From Clostridia bacterium (GTDB taxonomy: Bacteria; Bacillota; Clostridia; Christensenellales; UBA1242): a stretch of 64,000 nucleotides of DNA. Below the pieces are notes generated by a model, which did no database searches, was not told the DNA's origin, and was given only the letters and a program-made list of their open reading frames with translations. Positions 31,328-42,122 of this stretch are shown here, in pieces (position 1 is the stretch's first letter; each line of letters begins with the position of its first letter). A program made the translations under genes and the position numbers. The stretch is taken from NCBI GenBank assembly GCA_017625505.1, contig JAGAKV010000011.1, forward strand, positions 25,212-89,211, read 5' to 3'.

Positions 31328-33820
31328 TTAAATAAGTTTGTTGATTGTGATAAAGTTTTTCTTAATCACTTCATTTCCGCTTGTCAGTCTATCTCCTTCT
31401 GGGATTTTGTTTGTCTCCATTGGGAGTATTTTTAAGCCAAAATCTACTGCCAAGGTTATATTTCCGTCAGCTGGGCAAACATAGAAAACGTTTTTCGCAT
31501 TTTTAGCAAATGAAATGTATTTTACTCCCTTTCTATATCTTGGAGAAAGTGGGAAAAGAGAAGCTTTAAGTTTTTTGATGTAGCCATTTTCGGTCACAAC
31601 AATCACGTGAGAGAAGTCAAGCTGGCTTGCAAAAATGACACTGTCCCCTTCATCGAGGTTGATGCCCTTCACTCCGCCCGAAATTCTTCCTTGCGTTGGC
31701 ACTTCGGCTTTATCAAAATTGAGCGACATTCCTTTTCTTGTAAGCATCAAAATGCTTTTGCCTTTCTTCTCAAGTTCAACAGAGATCACTTCGTCTCCCT
31801 CATTAAGTTTGCAAACTTGATAGTAAGATTTCACTGTTACAAGGTCGCTTATGCTGCTTTTCTTGACCATACCTTGTTTTGTCATAAACAGCACATCGCC
31901 TTTCTTTTCAACCTTCATAAAGCATACAGGGATTTCGTTGAGCACAGTTGACTTTTCAATTGACAGAAGTGAATTTCCTTTATCTCTCCACTTGCACTCT
32001 TTGATTTCTCCAACTGTTTTCTTGACAACATTTCCTTGGTTTGTAAAAATGAGAATTGTATCATCGGAGTTAAGCGTTTCTACCTGCGTCGCAAGATCGG
32101 TCAGAACAGTATTTTCTCCAATACCCTTTTGCGACATTGCATAGTTTTTGGTGCTTACACGCTTGATTGTGTTGCCGGCAGAAATTGACACAACGCACTG
32201 CTTAACTGGTTCTGGAGCGTCCTCATCAATCATCTCAAGCTTAACCTTTCCGTCAGTATTGATTTGGGTTTTTCTTTGCGTGTTATAGCTTTTCTTAATT
32301 TCAAGCATTTCTTTCTTGACAACGTCAAATTGAAGTTTTTTAGACGCAAGAATCGCCTCAAGCTCTTTAATGCGTGCATGAAGTTGTTTAAGTTCTTCTT
32401 CAATTTTGTTTACTTCAAGGTGAACAAGACGAGAAAGCTTCATATCAAGAATCGCTTGCGCTTGTTTGTCTGAAAGAGCAAACTTCTCTCTCAATTTTTG
32501 TTTTGCTTCGCTTGTTGTTGCACTCTTTTTGATGATTTTGATAACCTCATCAATGTGTTTGATCGCAATTAGTATACCTTCCAAGATGTGAGCGCGATCC
32601 TTAGCAACGCCAAGATCGTATTTTGTTCTACGAACAATGATTTCTCGTTGGTATTGTGCATAATATGAAATAATTTCAAGCAAATTTAAAAGTTTTGGTT
32701 TGCCGTCTGCAATTGCAACCATATTAATTCCATACGATACTTGCAAGTTTGTTGATTTAAACAGATAATCAAGTATCTTTTGTGGATTTGCGTCCTTCTT
32801 AAGCATAACAACCGCTCTCATTCCGTGAATATCCGATTCATCACGCACAACCGTGATTGCTGAAAGCTTGTCCTTGTTTGCCTCTTTAAGCTCTACAATC
32901 TTTTGAAGCAAAAGGGCTTTATTTACTTGATATGGCAACTCGGTAATAACAAGCGCTGTCTTTTCGCCGCTCTTTTCGATTGCAACCTTAGCCCTAATGG
33001 CTATCTTACCCTTTCCTGTCTTATACGCCTGCTCAAGTCCCCCGTCCTGAGAAATAATAATTCCACCTGTTGGGAAGTCTGGCGCTTTGATGATTTTCAT
33101 CAGTTCTTCAATCTTGATGTTTGGATTGTTGATGTAGGCAACTACGCCGTCAATTGCCTCGCCAAGATTGTGTGGAGGAATGTTTGTTGCAACTCCAACC
33201 GCAATCCCGTATGCTCCGTTTACAAGCAGGTTTGGAAATCTTCCCGGAAGCATATCTGGTTCTTTGCGTTGATCGTCAAAGTTGAGACTCCATCGCACAG
33301 TGTCCTTCTCAAGATCTCTCATAAGTTCAAGCGCAAGCGGAGCAAGGCGAGCTTCAGTGTAACGATAAGCCGCTGGGCTGTCTCCGTCGACCGAACCAAA
33401 GTTTCCGTGTCCGTCTACAAGTGGCGCTCTCAGCACCCAGTTTTGTGCCATACGACACATAGCGTCATAAACTGAAGAGTCACCGTGTGGGTGATAATGA
33501 CCAAGACAAGCACCAACAATGTTGGCACTTTTCTTGTGTGGACGCTCTGGCGTATTGCCCTCTTCAAGCATTGTATATAAAATTCTTCGCTGAACAGGCT
33601 TAAGTCCGTCTTCTACACGAGGAAGAGCACGATCAAGCACAACGCACTCGGTGTATGGAATCATGGAATCATGCAGCACCTCAGACATACTTTTAAAGAT
33701 AATTCCGCTGTGGTCATTTGAGTTGTTTATAGCAGAGCTGCTGTTTTTTTCCGCTTCCTTAGCACTCTTTTCTTCGTCACCAACTTCCATTTTGGACTGT
33801 TCAAACTTTTCTTTATCCAT
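31328..33820 (-). CDS. parC: Type IIA topoisomerase subunit A, ParC-like (topoisomerase IV)
   Basis: Contains [20 protein letters not shown] and the catalytic AYRYTE motif. The CTD lacks a GyrA box (Q.RGG.G), and [12 protein letters not shown]...KWRDKG resembles the ParC blade. Confidence 0.7.
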   Translation of the reverse strand: MDKEKFEQSKMEVGDEEKSAKEAEKNSSSAINNSNDHSGIIFKSMSEVLHDSMIPYTECVVLDRALPRVEDGLKPVQRRILYTMLEEGNTPERPHKKSANIVGACLGHYHPHGDSSVYDAMCRMAQNWVLRAPLVDGHGNFGSVDGDSPAAYRYTEARLAPLALELMRDLEKDTVRWSLNFDDQRKEPDMLPGRFPNLLVNGAYGIAVGVATNIPPHNLGEAIDGVVAYINNPNIKIEELMKIIKAPDFPTGGIIISQDGGLEQAYKTGKGKIAIRAKVAIEKSGEKTALVITELPYQVNKALLLQKIVELKEANKDKLSAITVVRDESDIHGMRAVVMLKKDANPQKILDYLFKSTNLQVSYGINMVAIADGKPKLLNLLEIISYYAQYQREIIVRRTKYDLGVAKDRAHILEGILIAIKHIDEVIKIIKKSATTSEAKQKLREKFALSDKQAQAILDMKLSRLVHLEVNKIEEELKQLHARIKELEAILASKKLQFDVVKKEMLEIKKSYNTQRKTQINTDGKVKLEMIDEDAPEPVKQCVVSISAGNTIKRVSTKNYAMSQKGIGENTVLTDLATQVETLNSDDTILIFTNQGNVVKKTVGEIKECKWRDKGNSLLSIEKSTVLNEIPVCFMKVEKKGDVLFMTKQGMVKKSSISDLVTVKSYYQVCKLNEGDEVISVELEKKGKSILMLTRKGMSLNFDKAEVPTQGRISGGVKGINLDEGDSVIFASQLDFSHVIVVTENGYIKKLKASLFPLSPRYRKGVKYISFAKNAKNVFYVCPADGNITLAVDFGLKILPMETNKIPEGDRLTSGNEVIKKNFITINKLI

Positions 33821-33832
33821 ATTTTCTCCTGT

Positions 33833-35788
33833 TTAGTTTACCCTTTTATAGTTTTTCATAAAGTAATCTTCGCGATCAAAGTTTGCATGCTGATTGATGT
33901 ATGCCTTTCTCGCATCAATATCATCTCCCATAAGCGTTGTAACAATCTTTTCCGCCGCCGTGGCATCTTCCATTGTTACTTGAATGAGACTGCGTTTTTC
34001 TGGATCCATCGTAGTATATTTAAGCTGATCTGGGTTCATTTCTCCAAGACCTTTATAGCGCTGCAAGCTATAGTTTTTCCCTGCGCGCTCTACCGCCGCT
34101 GGAAGCTCTGCATCTGAATAAACGTACTCCTCATAACCTTTCTTATAAACCTTATATAGCGGTGGCAATCCAATATAAATGTGACCATTTGTAATCAGTG
34201 GACGCATATAGCGGAAGAAGAACGTCAGAAGAATTGCTCTGATATGCGCACCGTCTTGATCGGCATCTGAAAGAATTATTACTTTGTTATAGCGAAGGGA
34301 TGAAAGATCAAGATCGTCACCAATTCCCGTGTTCAGCGCAGAAATAATGGTACGGATTTCTTCGTTTGCAAGCACCTGATCAATTCTCTTCTTCTCTGCG
34401 TTGAGTGGTTTTCCTCTAAGTGGAAGGACAGCTTGATATTTTCGATCACGCCCCTGCTTTGCAGAGCCTCCCGCCGAATCTCCCTCGACGATAAAGAGTT
34501 CGCATTTTTCCCTGTCTTTACCCGTTGCAGCGGCAAGTTTTCCAACCAAGTTGAAGTTTTCTGCCGAGTTTTTAGCCCGTGTAAGCTCCTTTGCTTTTTT
34601 CGCAGCCTCTCTTGTTTTGGCAGCCCCTTTTGCCTTATTTATGATTGTTTCGGCAATTGACGTATTTTTCTTGTCAGCAAAGAAGCGAACAAGAGCCTGC
34701 ATAGTGAGACTTTCAACCAAAGTTTTAGCCTCAGGGTTGCCAAGCTTTGTTTTTGTTTGCCCTTCAAATTGAACATTGTTCATTTTGATGTTAAGTACAA
34801 AGGTAATCCCCTCTCTAAAGTCTTCGCCGAGGAAGTTTGGCTCTTTTTCTTTTAAATAGTTGTTTGTCCTTGCATAGTCGTTCATCACCTTTGTATAAGC
34901 CGTTCTAAAACCCGTCTCGGGTGTTCCTCCTTCAACGGTTGGAATGTTGTTTACAAAAGAAAATGAGCTTTCTGTATATGAATCTGTGTAAATAAAAGCC
35001 ACTTCAAGATCAAAGTTTTTCTCTTCAGCATGGAAATATACAGGTTTGCCAAAAAGTTTTGTTTTTCCTTCAATTAGGTATTGCGCAAAGTCGGCAATAC
35101 CACCTTCATAATGAAAACGCTCTTCACTTCCACTGTTCTCGTCAGAAAGTTCGATGATCAGGCCCTTGTTTAGAAAGGCAAGCTCTCTTGCACGATTTGC
35201 AATCGTCTCAAAACTAAACTTAATATTTCCAAACATTTCACTATCAGGAAGGAATGTCACCTTCGTACCTGACTTCTTTGTCTTGCCAATCATCTTTAAA
35301 GGTGCTTTTGCAATACCACTATGCATTTTTCCATTCTCATCTTCATATGAATGGAATTCAACTAAATATTCTTTGCCACCTTTGTAAACGGTAACGTTAC
35401 ACCATTTTGAAAGTGCGTTTGTAACAGACGCACCCACGCCGTGCAGACCGCCCGAGAATTTGTAATTATCTGTGTTGAATTTTCCGCCTGCATGAAGGGT
35501 TGTGTAAACAACCTCAACACCACTTTTGCCAAGTGTCGGATGAATGTCCACAGGGATTCCTCTTCCATTATCTTCAACCGTGGCTGAATTGTCTTTATGA
35601 ATTGTAATTTTGATTGTATCACCATGTCCGTTTGAAATTTCGTCAATCGCATTATCAACAATCTCCCAAAGAAGATGGTGCATACCTTTTGCCCCTGTTG
35701 TACCAATGTACATTCCCGGACGCAGTCGAACCGCGTCAAGTCCTTCCAGTACAACTATATCTTTTGCGTCATAATTTTTCTCTGCCAT
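33833..35788 (-). CDS. parE: Type IIA topoisomerase subunit B, ParE-like
   Basis: GHKL ATPase and TOPRIM motifs (LEGLDAVRLRPGMYIG, EGDSAGGS, PLRGK), 651 aa. Assigned to ParE because it pairs with the ParC-like gene. Confidence 0.7.
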   Translation of the reverse strand: MAEKNYDAKDIVVLEGLDAVRLRPGMYIGTTGAKGMHHLLWEIVDNAIDEISNGHGDTIKITIHKDNSATVEDNGRGIPVDIHPTLGKSGVEVVYTTLHAGGKFNTDNYKFSGGLHGVGASVTNALSKWCNVTVYKGGKEYLVEFHSYEDENGKMHSGIAKAPLKMIGKTKKSGTKVTFLPDSEMFGNIKFSFETIANRARELAFLNKGLIIELSDENSGSEERFHYEGGIADFAQYLIEGKTKLFGKPVYFHAEEKNFDLEVAFIYTDSYTESSFSFVNNIPTVEGGTPETGFRTAYTKVMNDYARTNNYLKEKEPNFLGEDFREGITFVLNIKMNNVQFEGQTKTKLGNPEAKTLVESLTMQALVRFFADKKNTSIAETIINKAKGAAKTREAAKKAKELTRAKNSAENFNLVGKLAAATGKDREKCELFIVEGDSAGGSAKQGRDRKYQAVLPLRGKPLNAEKKRIDQVLANEEIRTIISALNTGIGDDLDLSSLRYNKVIILSDADQDGAHIRAILLTFFFRYMRPLITNGHIYIGLPPLYKVYKKGYEEYVYSDAELPAAVERAGKNYSLQRYKGLGEMNPDQLKYTTMDPEKRSLIQVTMEDATAAEKIVTTLMGDDIDARKAYINQHANFDREDYFMKNYKRVN

Positions 35789-36001
35789 AACTCTCCTTAA
35801 ACATCTTTTTCTTAGTTAGTATAGCACATTCTTTCCTTTTATTCAAAAGAAAATAGCCCAAATTAGACAAGTTTTTTATCTTGATTTCGAAAATAAAAAT
35901 TGCAATAATTATACGACCAAATGCATATTTATACATCAAATTTTAAGAAAATAAAAACAAGCAAAAACGCATATACTACAATAAAAAGGAGAACACATTA
36001 T

Positions 36002-37063
36002 ATGCAAAACATTGTACTAACTGGCGGCGGCACCGCTGGTCACGTTTACCCTGCACTGGCTGTCGCAGAACATTTGAAAGAAGAATTTAAACTTCATTAT
36101 ATAGGATCATGCGGCATGGAAAAAGAGATTGTCGGAAAAGAGCCTGATATTGTTTTTCACGAAATTGAGGCAGTCAAGTTGCAACGAAAACTAACACTAA
36201 AAAATTTGCTTATCCCCTTCAAGCTTTTAAGATCAATTTCTAAGGCAAAAAAAATATTGCACAAAATATCGCCCGCTGCAATTTTCTCTAAAGGCGGTTA
36301 TGTATCTTTGCCTGTCGTCATTGCAGCACACAAACTTAACATACCAATCGTCAGCCACGAGAGCGACCTTACAATGGGACTTGCAAACAAAATTATTTTG
36401 CGATATTGCGACTGCATGTGCACGGCATTTGAAAAGACAGCCGAAGTAAATAATAAGTGTGTTTTTACTGGACAGCCAATTCGCAAATCAATTTTAACTG
36501 GTAAAAAAGAAAACCTCTCTTTTTATAAAAACTTAGATAAAAACATGCCTACACTTCTGATTGTAGGCGGCTCAAGCGGCGCGGAATTTTTAAACAAAAT
36601 TGTAAAAGAGAGTCTTGATAAGCTTTGTGAAAAATTTAATGTTGTGCACATTTGCGGAAAAAACAAAATTGAAAAAATCAACCATAAAAATTATTTTCAG
36701 CTTGAATACGCGCACAATATGGGAGATGTTTTAGATGCGGCCGATTATGTAATTTCACGCGCGGGGTCTGGCGCAATCAACGAGTTTCTTACGTTAAACA
36801 AACCCATGCTTTTAATCCCATTATCAAAATCTTGCTCTCGTGGAGACCAGATTGAAAACGCAAAATTATTTGCAAATTTAGGCTACTGTGAGATGCTTGA
36901 AGAGGAGGAATATGACGAGGACAAAATTTTGGGTAAGTTAGATAATTTAATGAAAAACGACAAAATTTTTAAAAAAAATATGAAAAAAACATTAAAAACT
37001 GATACTTGCACCCAAATTTGCAAAATCATAAAAAATTTAATTAAAGAAAAAAGAGGCTGCTAA
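36002..37063 (+). CDS. murG: UDP-GlcNAc:lipid I N-acetylglucosaminyltransferase MurG
   Basis: Contains TGGGTAGHVYPALA. The start is placed at ATG 36002 behind AAGGAG. Confidence 0.85.
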   Translation: MQNIVLTGGGTAGHVYPALAVAEHLKEEFKLHYIGSCGMEKEIVGKEPDIVFHEIEAVKLQRKLTLKNLLIPFKLLRSISKAKKILHKISPAAIFSKGGYVSLPVVIAAHKLNIPIVSHESDLTMGLANKIILRYCDCMCTAFEKTAEVNNKCVFTGQPIRKSILTGKKENLSFYKNLDKNMPTLLIVGGSSGAEFLNKIVKESLDKLCEKFNVVHICGKNKIEKINHKNYFQLEYAHNMGDVLDAADYVISRAGSGAINEFLTLNKPMLLIPLSKSCSRGDQIENAKLFANLGYCEMLEEEEYDEDKILGKLDNLMKNDKIFKKNMKKTLKTDTCTQICKIIKNLIKEKRGC

Positions 37064-38205
37064 CCTCTTAATATTCGCTCCAAATTTGGATATCCAAGAC
37101 CCTCTAAATTACGATTAAAACATATCGACTTGGCACTTAAAAGAAGGCGGCGCTTAATTTCATTTGGCGTGAGATTTTCTTCCTTCTCAAGCATAAGCGC
37201 ACACAAGCCTGCAATCATAGGCGTCGCAACCGAGGTGCCCGAAAGGCAGGTGTAAGCCTTCTTGTTGCCGCATGAAGTAATGTCAACAGCGGGAGCAACA
37301 AGATCTGGTTTGTACCGCCTGAAGGCCGGACCTCTCGAAGAAAAATCTGCAATTTCAAAAAAGTGTTCATCAACTTTATCATCAAAACGATTATCATTAA
37401 AACCACCAACGGTGATAATTCTACTTGACACTCCTGGGCTTTTGATGGTCTGATATTCTGGTCCACTGTTGCCTGCCGCTGCCACCACAGTAACTCCTTC
37501 ATCCCATAGCGCATCAGCACCACTCATAATGGGGTCATTCCCGCCAAGCGGTTCACTTCCAAAACTCATACAAACAGTCTTGAAGTTGTATTCTTTATGA
37601 TTATCATATACCCACTCCATAGCCTTCAAAATTTTATCAGCTGACGCTTCTCCATTTTTATCAAGCGCCTTAAGAGAAATGATTTTACTCTGCGGAGCAA
37701 TGCCACTATACTTACCACCAGAGAGAGCACCGTTGCCGCAACACACGCCTGCAACAAATGTTCCATGCCCGTTGTCATCATAGCAATCACTCTTACCATT
37801 CAAAAAATCTTTAAAAACGATTAGTCGATTTTCCCCCAGACAAAAATCACAATGCTTACATATTCCGGTATCTATAAAAGCGATTGTTTGACCCCTTCCG
37901 CTTAAGCGTGATTGGTGCGCGCCCAAGATGCTTCTTGCCACATTCATAAGTGCCGAGGCCTTCGATAGCGAAGAGATAAACTTCACTTGCGATGTGTTTG
38001 AAAGATAACATAATTGCATTTTATTTAAACGCACGCGAAAAGATTTTATGAATAAATATTCATCAAGTATATCAATATTTTTATGTAATAGGATTTTTTT
38101 TGTTCGAGAAAAATCACTAGCATGCACAATACATTCCCACTTTTTTTCATTGCTAAGCATTTGAGACAATGAAAAAAGTTTATCATCAATTTTGCGTTTA
38201 TTCAT
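37060..38205 (-). CDS. S8 (subtilisin-family) serine peptidase with an I9-like propeptide and no signal peptide
   Basis: Catalytic contexts are FIDTG (Asp), GHGTFVAG (His) and GTSVATPMIAG (Ser). The N-terminus is hydrophilic. Confidence 0.85.
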   Translation of the reverse strand: MNKRKIDDKLFSLSQMLSNEKKWECIVHASDFSRTKKILLHKNIDILDEYLFIKSFRVRLNKMQLCYLSNTSQVKFISSLSKASALMNVARSILGAHQSRLSGRGQTIAFIDTGICKHCDFCLGENRLIVFKDFLNGKSDCYDDNGHGTFVAGVCCGNGALSGGKYSGIAPQSKIISLKALDKNGEASADKILKAMEWVYDNHKEYNFKTVCMSFGSEPLGGNDPIMSGADALWDEGVTVVAAAGNSGPEYQTIKSPGVSSRIITVGGFNDNRFDDKVDEHFFEIADFSSRGPAFRRYKPDLVAPAVDITSCGNKKAYTCLSGTSVATPMIAGLCALMLEKEENLTPNEIKRRLLLSAKSICFNRNLEGLGYPNLERILRG

Positions 38206-38465
38206 TATTTTAAACTTTCAAGAATCCTTTTGATGTTTTCATAATCGGCAGGCGGAAGCATGCCTTGAAGTGAGCCAACCATTGCTTCAAGCGTATTGTA
38301 ATCAAAGCTGCCATTGCTTTTTTGTCTAGCAACTTCTCTTAGCAAATTTTCGTTCAGCTGCTCTTTTGACATATTTTTGTAGCTATCATATTTTTGACGA
38401 ATGTCCGCTTCGCTAACATTTTCATTTTGTTTTCTATTAGATTGAAATTGTGAAAATCTTGCCAT
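38205..38465 (-). CDS. Small hydrophilic protein translationally coupled to the S8 peptidase
   Basis: The start is taken at MARFSQ (ATG 38465). Its TAA stop shares base 38205 with the peptidase ATG (TAATG). Confidence 0.45.
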   Translation of the reverse strand: MARFSQFQSNRKQNENVSEADIRQKYDSYKNMSKEQLNENLLREVARQKSNGSFDYNTLEAMVGSLQGMLPPADYENIKRILESLK

Positions 38466-38557
38466 AACAAATCTCCCTATTTCAATATATGCAACCCCCA
38501 AATTTTTCTTTACTTAAAATGTCAATTTTTAGGTGATAACAGAATATAAAATATAGT

Positions 38558-38887
38558 ATGAACAACATGATTTCGCAGCTGCTTTTTAACCTTTTAAGCG
38601 GCACCCAACAAACGTCAATAAAAAAAGAAGCAGACAGCCCTGCGGAGCAAAATCCATCCGCAAATAACTACCCTGCAGAAGCGTTTTTCAATTCTCAAAA
38701 AGAAAATCCTCAACCTCAACAAAGTCCGCTTGCTTCCTTTTTCGGCGGCATACAAGGTAGCAATAATATGTTTTCGCTGCTGTCAGGCTTACTATCAAAA
38801 GGCGACAATCCTCTTGCAAACATTATGGACGCGACTAAAAAAGAGGAATCTCCACCCTCTTCCCCAAAAGATGAACTTTTGTTATAA
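38558..38887 (+). CDS. Low-complexity (Q/P/S/N-rich) hypothetical protein
   Basis: 109-aa ORF with no recognisable domain. Coding status is uncertain. Confidence 0.35.
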   Translation: MNNMISQLLFNLLSGTQQTSIKKEADSPAEQNPSANNYPAEAFFNSQKENPQPQQSPLASFFGGIQGSNNMFSLLSGLLSKGDNPLANIMDATKKEESPPSSPKDELLL

Positions 38888-38944
38888 TAATTTCATTGTC
38901 ATAGCGTATTCATATTAAACAAAAAACTCCCCCTTGGGAGTTTT

Positions 38945-39595
38945 TTAGTCAAGTTTATCAACAATTGATCCATACTTAAAATAGATTTTACGTTTACAAA
39001 GTTTGTCGGCAATCCATTCTTTTTTCGTAGCAACAACAAGTGTACATTTTTTTGTCGCTAGCTGATTGATAAGAGAGATCACAACCTCAAGCGTTGCCTC
39101 GTTGAGATCATCAAAAATATTGTCGACCATCAGAAGATCAAGATCTTTATATGTCAAGCGAATGAGAGAGAGCACATATTTCTCTTCTTTTGTCAAATCC
39201 TTGATTTTGGTGTCTTTGATTTTTTCAAGAGAGTATTCGATGATTGTATCATTGATTTTATTTTCAATCTCACTATCGCTATATCCCCAAATCTTAAGAA
39301 CGTATTTCAGATTCTCGTATACAGATTTTTTCTCCAAAAATTCAGGCGAAGCTGGCACATAGCCTGCCACGAGATCGGTTTTATAATCAAGCTTTTCAAT
39401 AGGGATTTCTCTAATGTACACCTCACCTTTTGTAAGTTTTTCACTTTTCGCAAAAATTCTCAGAAGGCTGGTTTTCCCACTTTCGTCTTCTCCAACAAAA
39501 GCAACTTTCTCCCCGTCTGCAATATCTATATTGATATTATAAAGCGCATAAAATTCTCTTGTATAACGCAAATACAAATTATTAACTCTAATCAT
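38945..39595 (-). CDS. ABC-type ATPase-like protein with degenerate catalytic motifs
   Basis: Walker A GEDESGKT is present. The signature is replaced by LTKEEK, Walker B is LLMVDN (no catalytic Glu), and the H-loop His is absent. Confidence 0.65.
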   Translation of the reverse strand: MIRVNNLYLRYTREFYALYNINIDIADGEKVAFVGEDESGKTSLLRIFAKSEKLTKGEVYIREIPIEKLDYKTDLVAGYVPASPEFLEKKSVYENLKYVLKIWGYSDSEIENKINDTIIEYSLEKIKDTKIKDLTKEEKYVLSLIRLTYKDLDLLMVDNIFDDLNEATLEVVISLINQLATKKCTLVVATKKEWIADKLCKRKIYFKYGSIVDKLD

Positions 39596-39651
39596 ATTTT
39601 TCTCCTACATCTATTTTACTATAAATGCAGAAAAAATAAAAGCAATTTTAG

Positions 39652-40164
39652 CTACTTTTTGGCTATCTTTAAGGTAAATTGATTGGATATGGGCTCAGCG
39701 CCTACCAAAATATAACCACTTCCAGTTGAATTTTCTTCAATATCTCCAGCCACGACTCTGAAAGTAATTTCTTGAGCTATCTCACTGTTGAAAAAATAAC
39801 TTTTTGCAAGAACACTCTTAATCGGTTCGAATTCTTCCTTCCCCTCTTTGCCTTCAACGGCAGCAAAAATCACCGTCATCGAATACCACTCATCATAGTC
39901 GTCAATCTTATAGGTAAATTTTTCTTGGTTCTCTTTCCAAATCACAATTTCACCCTTTTTCGAGAATTTGATTTGAACATCAGTATATTTCTCCTCCAGC
40001 CTAGAATCGTCGCTATATGTGATTTTTACACCATAATTTTCACTACCCGCACTGGTAGACTCACTAATAAATGCAGCTGTAATATCTGTTGAATTCTCAC
40101 ACCCACAAAGTGCAAGTGCCACAAGTATGGGCAAAATCAGCAGCCTAACTTTTTTATACTTCAT
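39652..40164 (-). CDS. Lipoprotein of unknown function
   Basis: The start is taken at MKYKKVRLL (ATG 40164). It has a signal peptide with lipobox LALC-GC. Confidence 0.65.
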   Translation of the reverse strand: MKYKKVRLLILPILVALALCGCENSTDITAAFISESTSAGSENYGVKITYSDDSRLEEKYTDVQIKFSKKGEIVIWKENQEKFTYKIDDYDEWYSMTVIFAAVEGKEGKEEFEPIKSVLAKSYFFNSEIAQEITFRVVAGDIEENSTGSGYILVGAEPISNQFTLKIAKK

Positions 40165-40270
40165 AACATCCTCCTTGCAATGATTATTGACAAAAACGCA
40201 TATTTTAAACAAAAAAAAGCGACAATGCCGCTAATTCAAAATGCTTTTTCCGCACACGCTTTACAATCTT

Positions 40271-40618
40271 CTAGAACGCATTTTGAATGTGATTAATTTC
40301 ATTATCAACAATTTCAATCACATCAAAACGAATTTCGCACCCTAAAAGTTTATTTCGAATGAGGTATTCCTCAGCTACTCTTCGGATTTTTGCCTGTTTT
40401 TGCACGTTTACAGCCTCACTTGGCCGGCCGAAAGCAAGAGTCGTTCTCCTCTTGACTTCAACAAAAACTAATGCTTTCTTTTGCCTTGCAATCAAGTCAA
40501 TCTCGCCAATTTGCGTTTTATAGTTTTTCTCCAATATTTTATATTTATGTTTTTCTAGATATTTGCATGCAGCACTTTCGCCATACATGCCGCTAACCTT
40601 GTTATATCTTTTCTCCAT
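40271..40618 (-). CDS. yraN: YraN-family (UPF0102) endonuclease-like protein
   Basis: 115 aa with GEIDLIA...FVEVK, the typical PD-(D/E)xK pattern of YraN. Confidence 0.8.
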   Translation of the reverse strand: MEKRYNKVSGMYGESAACKYLEKHKYKILEKNYKTQIGEIDLIARQKKALVFVEVKRRTTLAFGRPSEAVNVQKQAKIRRVAEEYLIRNKLLGCEIRFDVIEIVDNEINHIQNAF

Positions 40619-40621
40619 AAC

Positions 40622-41437
40622 CTAATCCAACGTAATCTTGCCAATTCTGCATTTGCGAAAATCATCAATAACTGCATTTGCTGCACGGTCAAGATCATAT
40701 TCTCCCTTGCTTATCACAAAGCCTCGTTTCTTAGCAATGCCTTCAAGAGACAAATCATCACCAAAACGGGTTTTTAACAGCCCTGGATATTTCTGCTCAA
40801 TCATATCGATCAGCTCTAAAGCAAGCTCGATGTTGTCTGCAACAACTTCATCCTTTATACTTCCAACAAACAACAGCTTCTTCGCAACCTCTTGATCTTC
40901 AAGGTTGGGATAAAGCGTTCCCGGAGTGTCGCAGATTTCAATATTATCCCCAATTGACACCCACTGCGTCATTTTTGTCACGCCCGCCTTGTTCCCTGTT
41001 ACCGCTTTGGCCTTGCCACACAGATTATTAACAAGGGTGCTTTTGCCAGAGTTTGGCACTCCGATAACTATCGCTCTAATAACGGTCTTGATGCCTTTTT
41101 TTGCAAATCTATCAATCTTTTCTTTTGCAAGAGAAAGAATTTTTTGCTTTATGACTTTTGACGCACCAGAAAGAATGCTGTTCATAACAACATAGTCACA
41201 CTTGGCCCCTTTATAATTTTTTGCGAGCTCTCTTACACGAGCCTCATCAGCAAGGTCAACCTTGTTGAAAACATACAAAACAGGCTTGTCTTGTGAAAGT
41301 TTTGATAAACTTGGGTTGATTGATGATATAGGAGCACGGGCGTCAAGAAGATAAATTACGACGTCAATATTCGCAAGTTTACTGCGAATTTCCGCCATTG
41401 TCTTTTTCATATGCCCTGGAAACCAGTTAATTTTCAT
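40622..41437 (-). CDS. rbgA: Ribosome biogenesis GTPase A (YlqF/RbgA)
   Basis: Circularly permuted GTPase: NKVDL (G4) precedes GVPNSGKST (G1) and DTPG (G3). It starts MKINWFPGHM. Confidence 0.85.
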   Translation of the reverse strand: MKINWFPGHMKKTMAEIRSKLANIDVVIYLLDARAPISSINPSLSKLSQDKPVLYVFNKVDLADEARVRELAKNYKGAKCDYVVMNSILSGASKVIKQKILSLAKEKIDRFAKKGIKTVIRAIVIGVPNSGKSTLVNNLCGKAKAVTGNKAGVTKMTQWVSIGDNIEICDTPGTLYPNLEDQEVAKKLLFVGSIKDEVVADNIELALELIDMIEQKYPGLLKTRFGDDLSLEGIAKKRGFVISKGEYDLDRAANAVIDDFRKCRIGKITLD

Positions 41438-41453
41438 ATGCTCCTCCTTTTTT

Positions 41454-42122
41454 CTATTCGTTTTTCAGCAGATCTGGTCGAACAATCTTGGTTTTTTCTT
41501 CACTTTGTTGCTTGCGCCACTTGGAAATTTCTTGATGATTGCCTGAAACTAGCACATCTGGAACGGCAAGCCCCTCAAACACCTGAGGCCTTGTATATTG
41601 TGGATATTCCAAGCTCCCCGACGAAAAACTTTCTTCGTCGAGGCTTTCCTTCGTAATAACCCCATCGATAAACCTTGACAGGCAGTCAATAATTACCATT
41701 GTTGGAAGTTCTCCACCGGTCAGCACGTAGTCTCCAATTGAAATTTCCTGAGGCTTCAATAGGTCAAGAACCCTTTGATCAACCCCTTCATAATGCCCAC
41801 AAATAAAAATAATGTGCTCTTTTTGCGAAAGTTCTTGCGCTGCCGCAACAGACAATTTGTGGCCGCTTGGGCTGGCAAAAACAATATGCGAGTTATCCTT
41901 TTGTACGCTTTTTACAGCATCATAAATTGGCTGAGCCGTCATCAGCATACCTGCTCCACCACCAAAAGGATAGTCATCACATTTTTTATGTTTATCTTTT
42001 GAAAACTGACGTATATCTATTACGTTTATTTCAAGAATTCCATTCTCTTTCGCCCTTTTCAAGATGCTCGAATCGAGATAGGAGAAGCTTTCTGGAAAAA
42101 GCGTCAGGATGTCTATTTTCAT
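41454..42122 (-). CDS. trmD: tRNA (guanine37-N1)-methyltransferase TrmD
   Basis: MKIDILTLFPE start, GGGAGM and GHYEGVDQR motifs. Confidence 0.92.
   Translation of the reverse strand: MKIDILTLFPESFSYLDSSILKRAKENGILEINVIDIRQFSKDKHKKCDDYPFGGGAGMLMTAQPIYDAVKSVQKDNSHIVFASPSGHKLSVAAAQELSQKEHIIFICGHYEGVDQRVLDLLKPQEISIGDYVLTGGELPTMVIIDCLSRFIDGVITKESLDEESFSSGSLEYPQYTRPQVFEGLAVPDVLVSGNHQEISKWRKQQSEEKTKIVRPDLLKNE

Noticed and set aside
31328-35788. Calling the topoisomerase pair gyrB-gyrA.
   Set aside because: The A subunit lacks a GyrA box (Q.RGG.G) in the first CTD blade, and its CTD resembles ParC (…LIFTNQGN…KWRDKG…). There is also no dnaA-dnaN-recF context. I therefore called them parE/parC, with moderate confidence only.
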